Of a stretch of DNA of 64,000 nt, positions 1 through 13,950 are shown in pieces. How positions within the stretch are numbered: position 1 is the first letter of the stretch; every line of letters starts with the position of its first letter. Under the pieces are notes generated by a model. It made no database searches. It saw nothing but the letters and a program-made list of their open reading frames with translations, and was not told where the DNA came from. Made by a program: the position numbers and the translations under genes. The stretch lies in the NCBI GenBank assembly GCA_905178155.1, contig CAJINV010000002.1, forward strand, positions 11,720,591 to 11,784,590. The letters are read 5' to 3'. The DNA comes from Amoebophrya sp. A120. Taxonomy: Eukaryota; Protista; Dinoflagellata.

Positions 1-3000
1 CGAAGTTCAGCGCCTCGTCCATCGCTTTGGTGGTGCCCGCTCCGCCGAACGTGGTGATGTCAAAGTCGGTTTGCCCGCCGCGGAGCCCGAGCTCCACCAT
101 GGAGATCACCAAGCGGATGCGTTGGTTAGCCACGATCGGTGCCTGGATGTTGATCGAGGCCCCGACCGGGGGGTTCAGCGGGTCCACGATCGCGCCCTCC
201 GGGTTCAAACTCAGCGGCAAGGCCGCCGATTTGAAATCAAACCCTGGCGGATTGTTGGCGACCAGCCGCACCTCGGACGCGTCAGAAACCGGCGTAAACT
301 CGACTGTGATCTCACTGAACGCGCGGGCGGCCTGCTTCGAGCCGGTGAGCGATATACTGACGCTGGAGAGCTGAGGCAGGATTTCCCACGAACGAATCAC
401 CTCACTGGAGAGAATCTGGGCAGTGGGTTGCTGCGACAATATGGTGCTCCACTCGTACACGCCCGCCGAGGTGTCGGTGCCTGATGATAAATTTTGAATG
501 AATGTCGTGCCTTCACCGCATCGCGAACCACCAGAGCGACGCCATTTGATCATTCAAGTGTACTATCGCCATTTGATTTCTTTTCCACCGCTATCAGACA
601 AGCCTCAACAACATCAAAAGAGGACTAAAAAAAATAAAAAACGTCGCACCTAGTAGCGCATCCAGAAAGCAGTTCCACGTGGCTCCCGGAAGGGCACATG
701 GAGGATGGATAATGGACTTGTCAATGCCTCGCCAGTGCCAGATGCGGAAAAAGTTTTCAAACAAGAACGGCGTCTGCGAGGGATTTCTCGTATCAATGCT
801 CAGTTGGAATTGCGTGTCCTTCTCGTGCTGTACGTTTTTTTGATGATTCGAATAAATAAAATTTCAAAGAACTTGTGGGAGCAAGGCGAATGGTGTGAAA
901 CATCTAGCATGCTGGACGGCAGTGCACAGTTTTCGAAATTCGCATTCATTGTTGAATTAAAAAAAACATCAGTATAAGCAATTATTGTACCGCGATGCCC
1001 CCCATTGCGGCCGTCTGAATTTCAAACATCATCAAATTCCTGGTGCAGCGCGGTCCGGTTCGGTGACCGTTCGGCAGGGCAGCCATGTCTCCAAAGTTCT
1101 TCTGGGGGTCCAGCTGCTGCGCAGCGATGGTTTCCAGCGTTGGCAGCCACTTAAAGGCGGAGCACTGTTTCCGCGCCGGCTCGGCGAACTTGGACTCCAG
1201 CTTGAAGCCCGTGGGGGCCTCGATGACCACGATGTCACCCGGGTCCACCCGGTTCGGGAAGGCGAACGTGAAAGTTAAGTCCCGCACCTCCATCATGCCG
1301 TTGCGGACCTGCACGCCAGATTCGTCGCGGTTGACCACCATGGGCACGACGAGGGGGGGCGACCCGCTCCGGATCTCGATCGTGACCGGGTTCACCATGA
1401 AACTCGTCACGTCCGACTCATCCAGCGCCCCGGCGGCCGCGGCGGTCTCGTCCACGAACGACTCCAGCTTCCACACGTACTTGTGGTTCGTGCGCTCCTG
1501 CAGCGGGTTGTTCACCTCGATGTACTATCAAATGCAAAAATGTCTAGGTCTGGAAGAGTGCATGCTTGTCATGCTTGTCTGGCATGATTCTCAAATCTGT
1601 CATGCACGTTACCCAAGAGCGCCACTTTTCTGCCATGCAGAAACGCAGTTTGTCATGCAGAATAGGCAACACCTAGAAGCTCAGAAACTTGTCATGCTGC
1701 GCCAGCACTTGTGGCCTGCTCATGATACGCCACCCAGCATCACAAGTTTCCAGACCCAGACATTTTTGCAGTTGATATGTACACCCGGTAGTCCCGCCCC
1801 GTCTCCATGGAGGAGCCGATCAATTTCAGGTTCGTGATCTTGTCGTCCGTCTGGGACACGCGGCAGCTGGTCTCGTCCTGGCTCCAGCGCCGGCCGAAAT
1901 TCGTGCGCCCCTTCTCGTCGATCCAGTCCAGCTCCTCCACGTGGGCCGTGCACTCGAAGTTGGCGGCGACGAACCGGAAGTTCTGCTGCTGCAGCGACTG
2001 CGCCGCTGCGGTCACGCGCAGAATCTATCCTGAGGAAAAACGTCCCCACACCAGAGTCAATCTGCAACACAAATCTCCAGGTTTTGGGAGTTCTGCATGA
2101 CAGGCTTCCATCTGCAGTGTAGGGCTGGCTAGCAAGTAAAGCCGCACGAGAAAGCCACTTCCTCATCCTGTTTACAGCATTACAAATGCCAGAACACGAC
2201 TGGATATGCCTCTCATGGAGATGCGCATGACAAATGTCCCTGTCCTTGCGCATTTGCATGACAACTCTGGGGTGGGGATGTTTTTACATAGGATAGAATC
2301 CCGTTGATCGGGACCGTGTTCCACGGGCGGAAGGTGAACTATGGCGCTCTCAAACGTTACATTCTCAACTGTTACACGATTTGTCATGCAAAATTGCAAT
2401 TAGTTATCAACACGATCAAGCTGCCTCGCATGACAAGTTTTCGCCGCACTAGATAGCATTATAATCTGCGCCAAACTTGTAATGCAAAAGGCGCAACTTT
2501 CCGCCTTGGATTTTTGCCATTCTTGCATTACAAATCCATGTAACAGTTGAGAATGTAACATTTGAGAATCCCATATGAACCGCACCGGGTTTGACACCGG
2601 GATGCTGTCCGTCGCGGCCTGCCGTCGGGCGGTCGACACCGGCTTCACCTCCAGCTGCGTGAAGGTCCACAGCGTGAACCCGACGAACGCCATGGAGGAC
2701 TCGTCGCTCACGTCAATCGTCCACGTGTTCGGGTTCGGGGTCACCGGCGGATTCGCCAGAATCCCTATCCTAAACGCGTACACGTCGTTGGCTGGAGTGA
2801 TTGTTGTAGGTATTTCGAGAGAACGTTTGCACACAAAAACTACTTGACATCATCTTCTATTTGAATTTCGATTCTACTTCTGCAATAGCACTAGCAGTCA
2901 CGGTTACAGTAACTGTGATCTTTTGTTTGCCAAACCAAGAACTCAGAAAGCGTGTATATTGAATTTCCTCAAAAATTATACCGACTAAAAACGGGCTGTG

Positions 3001-6000
3001 CTTGTTGTGGGTGTTCAACCCACGGCGTTGCTTTTCCGCCTTTTCCTCCAGGAACCGTCGCGCGTCTGGCCCCTCGATCTGCAGCGTGGCCTGCGGTCCC
3101 GGGCCGCCGACGCACTTCGTGACCTTGACCTTGTAGGGCCACACGGCGTAGGTGGGGGGCCACTTGTTCCCGTCGCCGAACACCTTGTCCTCGTCCACCA
3201 CGACCGTGGGTAGACAGTCCCCGTTGAAGATAAACCCAGCGGGCCCACGGAGCTTCAGCTCCATGCAGCGGGTGTACCCCGGCTCGATGTTCGTGCACCG
3301 ACTCTCGCTCGCGTCGTTGGCCATCTTGAAAACGAAAATCAAGTTGTTGCGCTTCAGCGGCCGGTCGTTCCGCTCCGTGGCAACCCGCTGCGCCGTCGTC
3401 GTCTCTACCAGGGCGGCCTCGGTCAGCTTCGTGTTCACCGAGAAACCCGTTGCAGCGATTGGGGTGTCGAGCTGCTGCGCCGTCGTGCGCGGGGCTACCA
3501 TCTGCGAGTACGTCGCAAAATCCCAACATTGTGTGTACCTGAAGCGAAATTGGTTTTCAATAGATAACAAAGTACTGGACGTCGAACACCTGACGAATAC
3601 TGTTGCAGTCTCTTCCGAAAAGAAAGCATGCCAACATGCAAGCAGAACTACTTAATCGGCATTTTGATGAAATAGTAAAACGAAGACTTTTACCCACAAG
3701 AACTTGACGGAGAGACTTCCTGCACCACGGGATTCACGGGGTTGATGAACAGCAGCGAGAATGCATACCGTGCACCGGGGAGTCCACTTGCCCCTGCGGT
3801 AAGCAGCAAGACTGGCTTCGTAACCTGAAGATTGAGTCGCAAAAATGGGCCAATGCCTTTGCATTTTATTTCGATTTCCCTTTGATCATAATAAATGCTG
3901 CACACAAAATACAACAAACTGGTCGATTTATTTCAAAACGCACACAGTACAACCTTCGTACCGTTCCACTGGACCCCGCCACTTGGGTAGTGCTTGTGGA
4001 GACCACGATGTCGCTCGGCAAGCTCTGGTAATCGGTCCCCTGCGTCTTGACCGCGGGCATGATGGTTTCGTGCATGACGACGAAGCCCACCGGTCCGACA
4101 ATCTCCAAGCCACCGCCTTGTGGCACTGGTGTGACCGTCTGGATTTCGAAGGTCAATACGGATTCCTTCCCGGCGACGTTGGTCGAGTAGTCGACCACGG
4201 CGTTCACGAGAGATGATACGCCAACGAAAGGCACCACGCCGCCGAATGGTCGCTCCGCGAGGGTGGCGCCATCGTACCCGATTTCCACGTAGTAGTAGGC
4301 TGGCGACATCGTTGGGCCGTACATGGGCACCAGCACGTTGCACGTAAAACTGTAGAACTCAGTACCCGCGGTGCTGTAGGTCCACGTGCCCGGTGTGTCA
4401 AATTGAAGTACGTGCTCCGCGCCTGGAAGAACGGTCGGCAATCCGCCACCCGGCCAGTCAGCGTTAGGAAGCTGGCCGTTCAGCCTGTGAATTGTGTGGG
4501 AAATAGGTACAAACTTGTCGACTCATCCTCGCGCTCCTTCATTATCTGTCACCATCATCATCATCATCTAGCCTGCACAGAGTAGCGCGCACAAAAATCG
4601 CCAACAAAAGGAACAAAAAAAAAACCACACGAAAAATCTACCGTGGCGCGAACTCCGCTTGAACGGCGGCGGCCTGCTTGTAGCCGAACTTGACCGACGG
4701 ACGCCACTGGAAGCCCGCGGGCCCCGAGATGCGCACCTTGACGTTGGTCAAACTAGAGTAGAACTTCATGAAGAACACGTCGATATCCGTGCTCCCAGGT
4801 TTGTACACCCCGTTCGCCGTGTTGATGGTGACCCGCGGACCGGTTTTCCCCTCCGGCATATTGGACAGGTCGTCTTCGAACAAACCGTAGGATACGTTGT
4901 TCATGCCCATGGAGAAGGGTACATTTTCCTTGGTTCCATCAATGCGCTGCTTGACGTAGTCCAGCGTGTACAGCCGCCACTCCTGCGTCGACGCGTACGC
5001 GAAGGGCGCCGTGGCGGTGATCTTGAAGCCGTACTTGGTGTTCGCCTGCATGATCCCGTTCGCCCCGACCAGCGCCCGGTTGAAGGGCGTGGGTTCGTAC
5101 ACGCACTCCCGCACGCCGCCGGCGATAAATTCGGTCGCCACGTGGTTCTGCGACTGCGCCAGCCGCGCGTAGTAGTTATGCGGCAGCGCCTCGGCCACGC
5201 AGGGGTTCGGGAACGAGAAGCCGTGCCGGAGACTGGTCAACGCGGGTAACGGGCTCTGGTCCTTGGGGGCCTCGATGGCGACGTACGACATGTACCCAGC
5301 TGATTGCTCGGTCTTGAAGAAGACCAGCAGCTCGTGGTGCACGATTCCCCGTCCCGTGTTCGTCGCCCCGACGAGGGCCGACGGACTGATCACCGCCTCG
5401 GTCAGAAACCCTAACACCGCCACGTTCGCCGTGTAGTTCGACTCCAGAGCTTTGAATCGCATCGGCGTCGTGTGCAACAACGTCTGGTACTCACCTGTTT
5501 TATTCGTGGTCAATGTTAACAATTCGTCTCATTGCAATTTCTTTCGTCCTTTATTTCTTTAGAAGAACGACTCGGTCGAGCAAGCTTTGACAGTTTTAAG
5601 CATAAACAAAACTTCCAAGAAACAATTCTGGTCGCGATTGACAAATAAGTCACAGTAAAAGCACCTTTTCCCGAGATGGTGAGCATCCAGTCGTTCTCGG
5701 TGTCGTTTTTCTGCATGGCAACCGAGGGATTGTCGACCAGAAATTTGACCATGATCGCGCTGCCCCGGTACAGTATTCCGTACTGGTTCATTTTGAAGTA
5801 GCACGTCGTCACGTCACCCGGGGCGTTCTCCCACCCGTGGGAGTTCGTTGGCGCCGGCGCCGTGTAGGTCGGCAGCACCACGCGCGTCGTCGGGGTCCCG
5901 CGGCCCTGCGGCAGCGTGTGGTTGATCAGGTTCAGGGACGTCTCCGCGGCCCAGGGGTTGTACTTGTCCGTGGCCAGGTAGTTCATTTGCCCGGTCTCGT

Positions 6001-9000
6001 CGATCCCCATCTGGTTGGGCACCTTGCAGGTGTACCCCTTGGGGAACTTCACGGTCAGGTACGCGGAGGCGATTTCGCCCGTGGCTGCCAGGTTCGCGGC
6101 AAAGGAGGTGATGCCCAGCACGATCTTCACGTACAGCACGTTGTCCGTGTCGCCCTTGAATGGCTTCTGGTTCCCGTCCCCGTACACGTTCACGATCTTC
6201 GCGATGTTCTGTCCGACGTCCGGCTGCTTCCAGAAGTAGTTGCCGCTGGTCCGGATGTAATTCGGCTTGTTGTCGCCGACGTCCGTGACTTGGCACCCCG
6301 CGCGGGTCGGAAAGAAGCCCTTGTTGGGGATGGTGACCCCGGAAATTTCAAACGTCTGCGTGATCTGCCCGGGGAACTGCGCGGACTTCGGCATCGAGGT
6401 CATGGCACCGCCCGGGTCCAGGTTGCTCCCCGACAGGGTGCCCCCGGGAAGACGAATCTTGATGATGTTGTTGGAGCTCGCGGGTTGCTTCACCAAGTTC
6501 ACGTCATTCTGCCCGGTGAACTGCGCCACCACGGGCTCCCCGATGCACTTGTCCGTCGTGGACCCGTATTTACACACGGTGGACGAAGCCGGTGCGTTGG
6601 CACAGCGGACGGAACCTGGAGAAGTTGTGTGGGTCGGTTCTTAGTAGAAACCTTTACGGAACGAAAAAATCATGTGTAGTCAACATCTTGTTCGATAAAC
6701 TGCAAATACCACTGAAGAGAAAATCTATCTAGCACTTTGACGAAAACTGATCAGCAAAAATTTGATCAAGAATACAGCTATCGCCGGTTTTCCACACGGT
6801 GATTGGCTGCAAGTACAGGCGGACGATATAGCCCTCCTTGATGGGGTAGGTGGACTGTGCGGCGAATTGGAAGAGCAACTTGTCCGCCTGGGCGAGCTCG
6901 CGCAAAAAGTTGTTGCCCCCGAGCAACTCGCACCCGATCGGCTCCGCGAAACGTGGCGTGGTCTCGTCCGTCGCCGTGTCGCGCTTGACCGGCTGCCGGT
7001 TGAGCGCCGCAATCCCGCGCTCGATCGCGCGGTAGGGATTCACGCTGACGTCGTCGCTGGTGAAGATCTCTAGGTACTCGCCGCCCTTCTGCGCCGCGTG
7101 CAGCTCCCCGCAGTTGCCAAAGTTCTGCGTGAGGTCGCACTTGAACTCGCCGTTCATGACCACCATGTAGTCCGTTTCCGGCTGCAGCCCGTTCTTCGCG
7201 TCGAAGGCGATGTACAGCTCCCGAGTGGACCGCCCGTTGGGGTCGCTGGGGTCCAGCGGGTACCGCTTGTAGTAGCACCCCCGCGGGAGCGGAAAGCCCT
7301 TGTCCACGTCGTCGCCCCACAACTCGATGAACAGCTTGCCGCACACGGCCTGCGTCGCCTCGGCGCGGTCGTCCTCCGTGGTGGTGTCCACGATGGGGGT
7401 CGCGTCGAAATCCGTCTGGTACACCTCAAACTTGGTGTTGTCCTTGAACAGAAACTTGATCTCCATCGGGCCCTGCGCCGCCTGGTAGCTCTTGCCCGTC
7501 ATCGACCCCGCCGTCTTGAAGGAAATCAGCACGGGCGCCTTCACGTTGTACAGCTTCGTGGTCATCTGCACGGCGGCCACCGACATCGGGTCGGACGCCT
7601 TCAGCGTCAGCTTGCCGACCTCGGTCACGTACTTACCCACGTTGGACCCGTAGTGCCAGCACACCTGAGGAGACAAAAAGAGTCTGACTCTCGTCTAAAC
7701 AAGTAAATAATGGACGCAAACGAGTCTGGCAACGCGCCACGCTAGTAGACACGACATATCAAAAAGCAGCGTGAAGTCATCTAAATGTGAAAAAAAAACA
7801 TTCAGTTTAGATACCTTCATGTTCTGAATTTCGCGCTCGCCCTTGATTTCCAGTTTTGTTGTGGCCTTGTTCACCCGGCGCCATTTGCCGTAGTTCACGC
7901 CGTTCTGCGTGTTGAAGATGGGGCGGCCCACGGTCGGGGACGAGCACGCGTTCGGATAGCACTGCCTCGGAAACCCGACCGGGATGCGCCAGAACTTTGG
8001 ATCGTTGTTCGGATCCGGCTTGACCGTGTGCGCGACGATGTACTCGTCCGTGGCCCGGTCGTCGTTCCCCGTGTAGTCCGCGTAGTTGTAGCTGCCCTTG
8101 AGCAACGCCAGCTTCTCCGGGGTGCACTGGTAACTGGTGGGGTCGCAAGAGATGTTGTCGCCGAGGACGATCTGGTCCCCCTCCACGAGCGGGTTCCCCG
8201 ACAGGCCCCCGGGCACCTCGAAAAACTTGATCTGCGTCTCCGTGTCCGAGATCACCGTGATCTTCTCGATCTCGTTCGGCGGCTTGCAGTTCTCGAAGTG
8301 CGGGTCGCACTCCGTGTCCGAAGACAAAACCTGCGTCTTCAGGTCCCCGTTGACGGCCGAATTCACGTCGCCGACCTGGGTACAGCTGCTGGGGCAGCCC
8401 AGAGACAAGTACGTGTAGGCGTAGCTGCCGCGGTCCGGGTTGCCCCCGTTGTCCGTGCAGGAACCGTCGGGGTGGATGATACGCAGCTTGTTTTCGTGCG
8501 CGAGCCCGAACCCGGTGTAGGTGAGACTGAAGTCCACGTAGGTGGAGAACTCCCACCGCTCGCCGCCAGAAGGACCCTTGATGGTGGTGCGCCCCGCCAG
8601 CACCCAGTACAGCCCGTTGTCGCTGCACCCCGTGGTGGCCGCCCACTGGCAGTAGCAGACCGCCACGATACCCGCCTGCTTGATCGTGATCGAGTTGGTC
8701 AAAGACCCGGTGTTGAAGATCATCTTGTTTTTGTCCGCCGACACCCCGCCGGTGGTCCGCGTACCCCGGTAGGCGGAGACGGCGTTGGCCTCGGAGTTCA
8801 GCCCCGACTGAATCAGCTTGGTATCGTACACCGTGGTCCGACACTTGTCGTCGTCCATGGTCAGGTCCTGGTCCGGGACGATCTTCAAAATGCCCGTCTC
8901 GGTCAGGCCCATCACGTCGTAGTCGTCGGGCTCGCGCCGGAACCCGAGGATACCGCCCTCCTCAATGTACTGGACCGCCCACGCGGACGGCGTGGAGGCG

Positions 9001-12000
9001 GCGGCGTACGCCACGGACACGAACCGGAAGGCCGCGAACCGGAGCTGCCCCACCTTGAACCAGTTGTCCGCGTCCGCGGCGTTGGTGCTGGTGCACGCGG
9101 AGTCGCAGTAGCAGATGTCGAACATGATCTGGTCGTGCTTCTGCACCCGCTCGTAGAAGGCCGAGTCGTAGTTGAACATGAACCCCTGCTTGTACGTGGT
9201 CGTGCCGCCGGCCAGCGGCGGGAAGTCCTTCACCTCGCTGCCCGCGCCCCCGTTCATCGCCGTGATGTCGCTGGGGTTGGTCAGAATCGGCTTGCCGCCG
9301 GGCGTCGGGTACACGGTCACTCCGTGCGCGGGCCCGGTCGCGCGACACCGGTTGTTGGCGTCCCAAACCGACTTGTCGGTCTCGATGTCCACGGTCTGCA
9401 GCTGCATCACGATTTTCACGCGGTTGTCCGTATTCTGGATGCACGCGTGCTTGGGACACTGGACGCGCACCTTGAAGTACGTGCTCGGGGCGACGCCACT
9501 GTAGTCTGGGTCGCAGGACGCGTCGTTGCTGCGACAGATCTTGCTCAAATAAAAGTTCACGATCCCGATCTGCTGCTTATACCTGAGAAAGAGAATTGAT
9601 AAAGAAATTAAATCGGGACACCAATCTTCACAATCGAAGAAGTAATTCATTCCCGGTGTTCCGGACGTCATTTTCGAAGCACAACCGAGCTGCTCATTCT
9701 TGGACCACATGATACTACACTTCCTCGTCAACAAACTATGTTTCAACATGATGTTACAGAACTCGGACTCCTCTCTATCATCAACATATACCTCGCGAAG
9801 TTCCCTATCACGCTGGGTTTTGTGCATCCGGAGCCGAAACTGCACCAGCAAAGCCCGACCGTGAACGGCACAAATGTGGGGCCCGCGAGGTTGTTTTTTG
9901 TCGCGGGTAGCCCGAAATTGACCGTTGTGGCGTCCTTCAGCTTCACCGCATACTCGCCGGCCGCGCAATCCATACCGTACTTACACAGTTTCGTGCTCGG
10001 CGTACCTCCACAGGGGGACGCCGCCGCGGCCTGTTCTAGCGACGTGCCGGCGGTCGCGTAGGTGTATTCCGCCGTCCAACTGGCCGGATAGAACACGGAT
10101 GTCCCTGGCGGATTGGTATAGTCACCCTCGAAACCCTGTTGGTTTGTCGTGGCATCCTGCTTTGCAAACAGGCCGCCGAGGTCTTGCGTCTTGCCCGTGT
10201 AAGCCAGTTGCGTGTTGGCCACGACGCTAGTGGCGCCACCAATGATACAGTTCGACGGGTACTTGTTGGCGGTGCCGAAGGTGATGTACTTGTTGGCCGC
10301 ATTGTTGTAGCGGTTCTTCAGCAGAAAGCAATGAAACTTGTGCTGCACGTCCAGCATGCACGTAGCACTGGGCTGCCCCGTGCAGAAACCGGTATGGAAA
10401 TAGCCGTTCACAAGCAAGAACCCGCGCCACAGCTGTGCATTGTCCCAGGTCCCGTCCACGGACCAACACAGCTGGAACACACCGCCCTGCTTGAACGTGA
10501 GCCTGTGAAGGAGAAGAAGTTGACTCAGAACACTGCATGGATAGACATTTCATCAAAACCCGAAACGAAAACACGAAACTGAAAAAATGCAAACAGCATC
10601 TAGATGCAAACCGCATCTTGTTCCTGGAGAAATCATCAGTACCCGTGCCCTGCTGAGGTGAGGGTTGTTGCGGTGCCCGTTGTTCCGTCTAGCTTGTCTA
10701 TTACCGTCGTGGACGTGCGAACAAATCCCCCGAGGCCACCGCCCGCGCACCATACCGTGGGTAGTATGGCGCACTCCAAAACAGTCGCAGCCCCGTCTTT
10801 GCATGCCGTGGGGACGGTCATGCCGACGGTGGCAGTTACCGCATGACTCACGAAACGGATCTTCATATTGGTGGACGTCAGTGCCCAGTCGTCTCCCGCG
10901 TTCTTGATTTCGAGTTTGATCCCCGTGATCAGCACACCGGCAAACAGATTGGTCGTACCGGTGGCACTTGTGGCGACGATGCTGGTCGACGCGGTGCCGT
11001 CGTAGTTTACGAACGCGTAGGTTGCTTCGCCCCAGTTATTCGTGGTGGGCAGTGTGGTGGCACCGCCTCCCGTTCCGTAGGATACCAGCTGTCGCCGCAT
11101 GCGCTTTTCGAAAAAAGGCTCAAAGAGGTACCGCTTTATTGCGTTGTAAACGCCGTCGCGGTCGCTTGCGTCTTTGCCGGGTGCACCGCCATTTTCGCTG
11201 CTCAGCAGGGTTCGTCTCCTCGCACTCTCTCGGTCGTAGTAGTAGCCCTCGCGTATTATGGTTTTCGCCGCCGCTTTACCACCTTCTTCCTCGTCGGCAG
11301 AAGAGGTTGCACCGTCGGCGTTCTTACTTCCGAGGCTAACCTTCAGGTTCAATTGGTTGGTTTCTGTGTCGAACGATACTTCGTCGACCGTCGCCTGCTG
11401 CTCCGGATTCTGCTTTTTCCGCCCTGGCTGCTCCGCGAACGTGGTAAAGAAACTGCTGCCCCCCGCGAGGAGCCCCGCCGCGGCAGCAAGATACGAAGAG
11501 AAAAAGGGCTTTCTTCTGCGCTTGCGCGGTCGAAGCAGGTGAGTGGAACTTTCTTGCGGAAGATGCACTGTCTGGTTGTTTCTCGCAGCTTCGAATCCTC
11601 TGCCAGGCTGTATTGACGACGGTCTGGTTCCGCCGTCGCGCCACCGGTGGCTACAGTTTGGCCACGGTGCGGAGACACGCAAGCGGTCACGTCGCGCTTC
11701 GTCTTTACATCTTCGATTAGGTCCTGGCTCTGCGTCACCGTCCAGGTGCGCAGCGGCAGCAGGCGTTGGCGTTTTTCCACCAGTTTGGACAGGTCTCTTT
11801 TTGCATTTGGATCCGCTGACTATTGACCCTTCGTCCCTTAGTCTCTTTTGTTCAGGCTTCATCGCCGCTTCTGCCCCTGCCTGCGTAGCGTGGAAAGTGC
11901 ACTGCGCTTCGGGTTGCATTAGCGATGTTTTACTTCTGAAACGTCCGGTGTCGTCTCGCGTAAGTTGTCGCGTATTTGATGGTTTCCTACGCAGCGCCGA

Positions 12001-12813
12001 GGAGATGTAATCGCTTTGCTTCTGCGAGAGTTTGTTCGCGCTTCTCGTATCATCGACCGAAGACTGCAAAGCCGCCACGGCGTCCTCCCCTTTCCGAGGT
12101 CCTTCTGAACGCAAGGACGGACCTGAAACCTGGGAAGAAGGTCGCGGGTTGTTTGCTCTCCCACCGCTCGGGTTGCAATTCGCGTTCTTGCGCCGAAGCG
12201 AGCGGAGAGTTCGTGCATCGCATGTCGCAAGTGAGCCCGCGGGGCGCTCTGCTCCTCGTTCGCCTTGACAACTCGCAGCGCTGGTCGAAAAAGAGTTTGA
12301 GGATATCACTCCAGTCGGCGATGGAAAATGTCGATTTGCTGTTTCATGAAGTGTTGATGAGGTCGCGGTTCCGTCGAATGCGCTGACACACTCCGAGCCT
12401 CCGCGTTCTCCTATTTTGGCCGTTACGGGATTGGAAACACCATGAGGAGTTCCCGCAGCATAATGTTGCGATCTTCTCGCAGGGGGAGGCGCAGAGGACG
12501 AGGAGCTCCGTATACGGTGCAAAAAACCCCCCAACTCATACATATCCAAGAGAGTTTTCGTGGGCGTGCTGCAACGTGGCACGAGCAGGTACCTGTTTTT
12601 ATCGCCAACGTCACGAAGAGGCCGTCTATTCCTTCTAGTGGTTCTTTCTAATATTGCATCACGCCACGAAAAGATTAACGACCAGGCATTGGCTGTCCGA
12701 CGCGAGCTGCTGCGAGCTTGTTTGCCGTGATTTGTGGCTGCAAGCTCGCGTGCACAAGTGCGCAATCGTTCATAACATAACACATCTCTGCGAGAAAATT
12801 TTGTTTTGGGCAT
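1..12813 (-). CDS. Giant multi-exon secreted/surface-type protein, beta-rich with Cys-containing modules (>3000 aa; 3' end runs off the window; start codon uncertain)
   Basis: The minus-strand ORFs join in frame across predicted GT-AG introns at 10503-10642, 9583-9791, 7665-7814, 6616-6775, 5495-5664, 4485-4641, 3825-3961, 3539-3693, 2792-2981, 828-990 and 481-649, plus three TIR elements (2340-2575, 2026-2295, 1526-1777). A hydrophobic segment (FFSSYLAAAAGLLAGG) lies near 11.5 kb. Recurrent motifs include ICYCD/VCYCQ, LCW/VCW and I.GP.GF. Confidence 0.8.
1526..1777. mobile_element. Introner/MITE family A copy 1 (252 bp), non-canonical intron in the minus-strand gene
   Basis: 30-bp TIR tatcaaatgcaaaaatgtctaggtctggaa / ttccagacccagacatttttgcagttgata (2 mismatches). 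TSD tgtac at 1521-1525 and 1778-1782. Removal joins GRDYRVY-IEVNNPLQ in frame. About 90% identical (manual count) to 43992-44243. Confidence 0.93.
2026..2295. mobile_element. Introner/MITE family B (270 bp)
   Basis: ~32-bp TIR tatcctgaggaaaaacgtccccacaccagagt / actctggggtggggatgtttttacataggata. TSD gaatc at 2021-2025 and 2296-2300. Removal gives NTVPINGILRVTAAAQ in frame. Confidence 0.92.
2340..2575. mobile_element. Introner/MITE family C (236 bp)
   Basis: Long (~50 bp) TIR tatggcgctctcaaacgttacattctcaactgttaca... / ...tgtaacagttgagaatgtaacatttgagaatcccata. TSD tgaac at 2335-2339 and 2576-2580. Removal gives VSNPVRFTFRPWNT in frame. Confidence 0.92.
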
Positions 12814-13950
12814 ATGCCGGAAGGGTTTTCATGCAGCGTATTTCCCCCGCTCTCCTCGCGGCGATGGATCACCGTCATTCACCGCCTGCCGTCCATCTTT
12901 AGCCTCTCGCCACACACACACAAAAAATATTGCTGTCAGATTTTATTGGGTGAAGAAGATTCAGAATGAGCTAGCCTCTTCTGGTCAACACGGTTGTAGG
13001 GTCTATTTCTATACGCAACAAACGAAGCCGCGCCAGTCGCCAGGATTGTCGCAGAATAATTTTACTTACTTCAAATGCCGTTTTGGATAGAGGGGTGGAA
13101 GGTTTGCGAAAATCGAGCTTGCGCTAAGGGAGGATATTGAATTCAACTCGACAAGGGTCGTGCAAACGTTTGGATTCCGGGGGGGGCAAAAAAGTGAAAG
13201 TCCTGTGCTAGGGGTACTCATGCATACATATGAGCAGACCGGGAGTGTAACAAGAAATACCAGGACGCTTTTTCGATACTTGTTGCTTCTCTCGATACGT
13301 CGAAGCAAAGCAAAATCACAACCGACGATGCAAGACAGTCACGACGCAGTTCTCTCACTCTCCTGGGCTCTCGAACTGTCCTCTTCTCGGTGCCAGCGCT
13401 CTCGGTCATACATATGCTCTCGCTCTCATCGCTCGATTACTTTCTTTTCCGTGCATAAGGTCGCGCTTTGTGCATCAGTACTGAAGGCTTACCACTTCAA
13501 GGCTTGAAACGCCACGATGCGACATTTATCTCGCAGAACAATAAAGCACTTTTCCAGTCGCTTGTTTTTTCTGATGAAGATAAACGCGGGCGAGACAGCG
13601 ATGCTCGAGCAAGGTACGATTGCGCCATATATCTTAGAGCTTAGAAGACCAGCTATGGCGTACGCAACTGATGTGCCAGATCGTATCCCCTCCGGGCTTC
13701 TCGGCGGTCGCGCAATTTCGTTCATCATATGAGCCCGCGCTTCCGCACGCAGCTTCATCCCCGCAAACTTGCACAAGCGCCGTCCCGCCGATGGCCGCCC
13801 GCGGGCGCCACCCGGCTCGCCGAAGCGGAAGCCCGCCGCGCGGGAGTTCCACCAAAGCCGACCCGCCCTTGCGAGCTACGGCTTGGCCGCCGGGCCTCCG
13901 CAAATATATCGCGCGGCAGCTAGAAAACACGAATGCCCCGCACGCTAACT

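Noticed and set aside
828-990. gtaca direct repeat near both ends of this intron, suggesting a decayed introner
   Set aside because: It has no TAT/ATA termini, TIR or TGTCATGC motifs, and clean GT-AG boundaries explain it.
1525-1778. U12-type intron interpretation (RTATC-like starts, AT-AC possible for two elements)
   Set aside because: No full RTATCCTT donor and no TCCTTAAC branch site are visible, and native GT-AG donors here also start GTAT.
8028-9599. 523-aa plus-strand ORF, and similar long antisense ORFs such as 28991-30310, 45518-46882 and 36338-37603
   Set aside because: These are antisense shadows of GC3-rich coding sequence. The opposite strand has the coherent spliced or motif-bearing protein.
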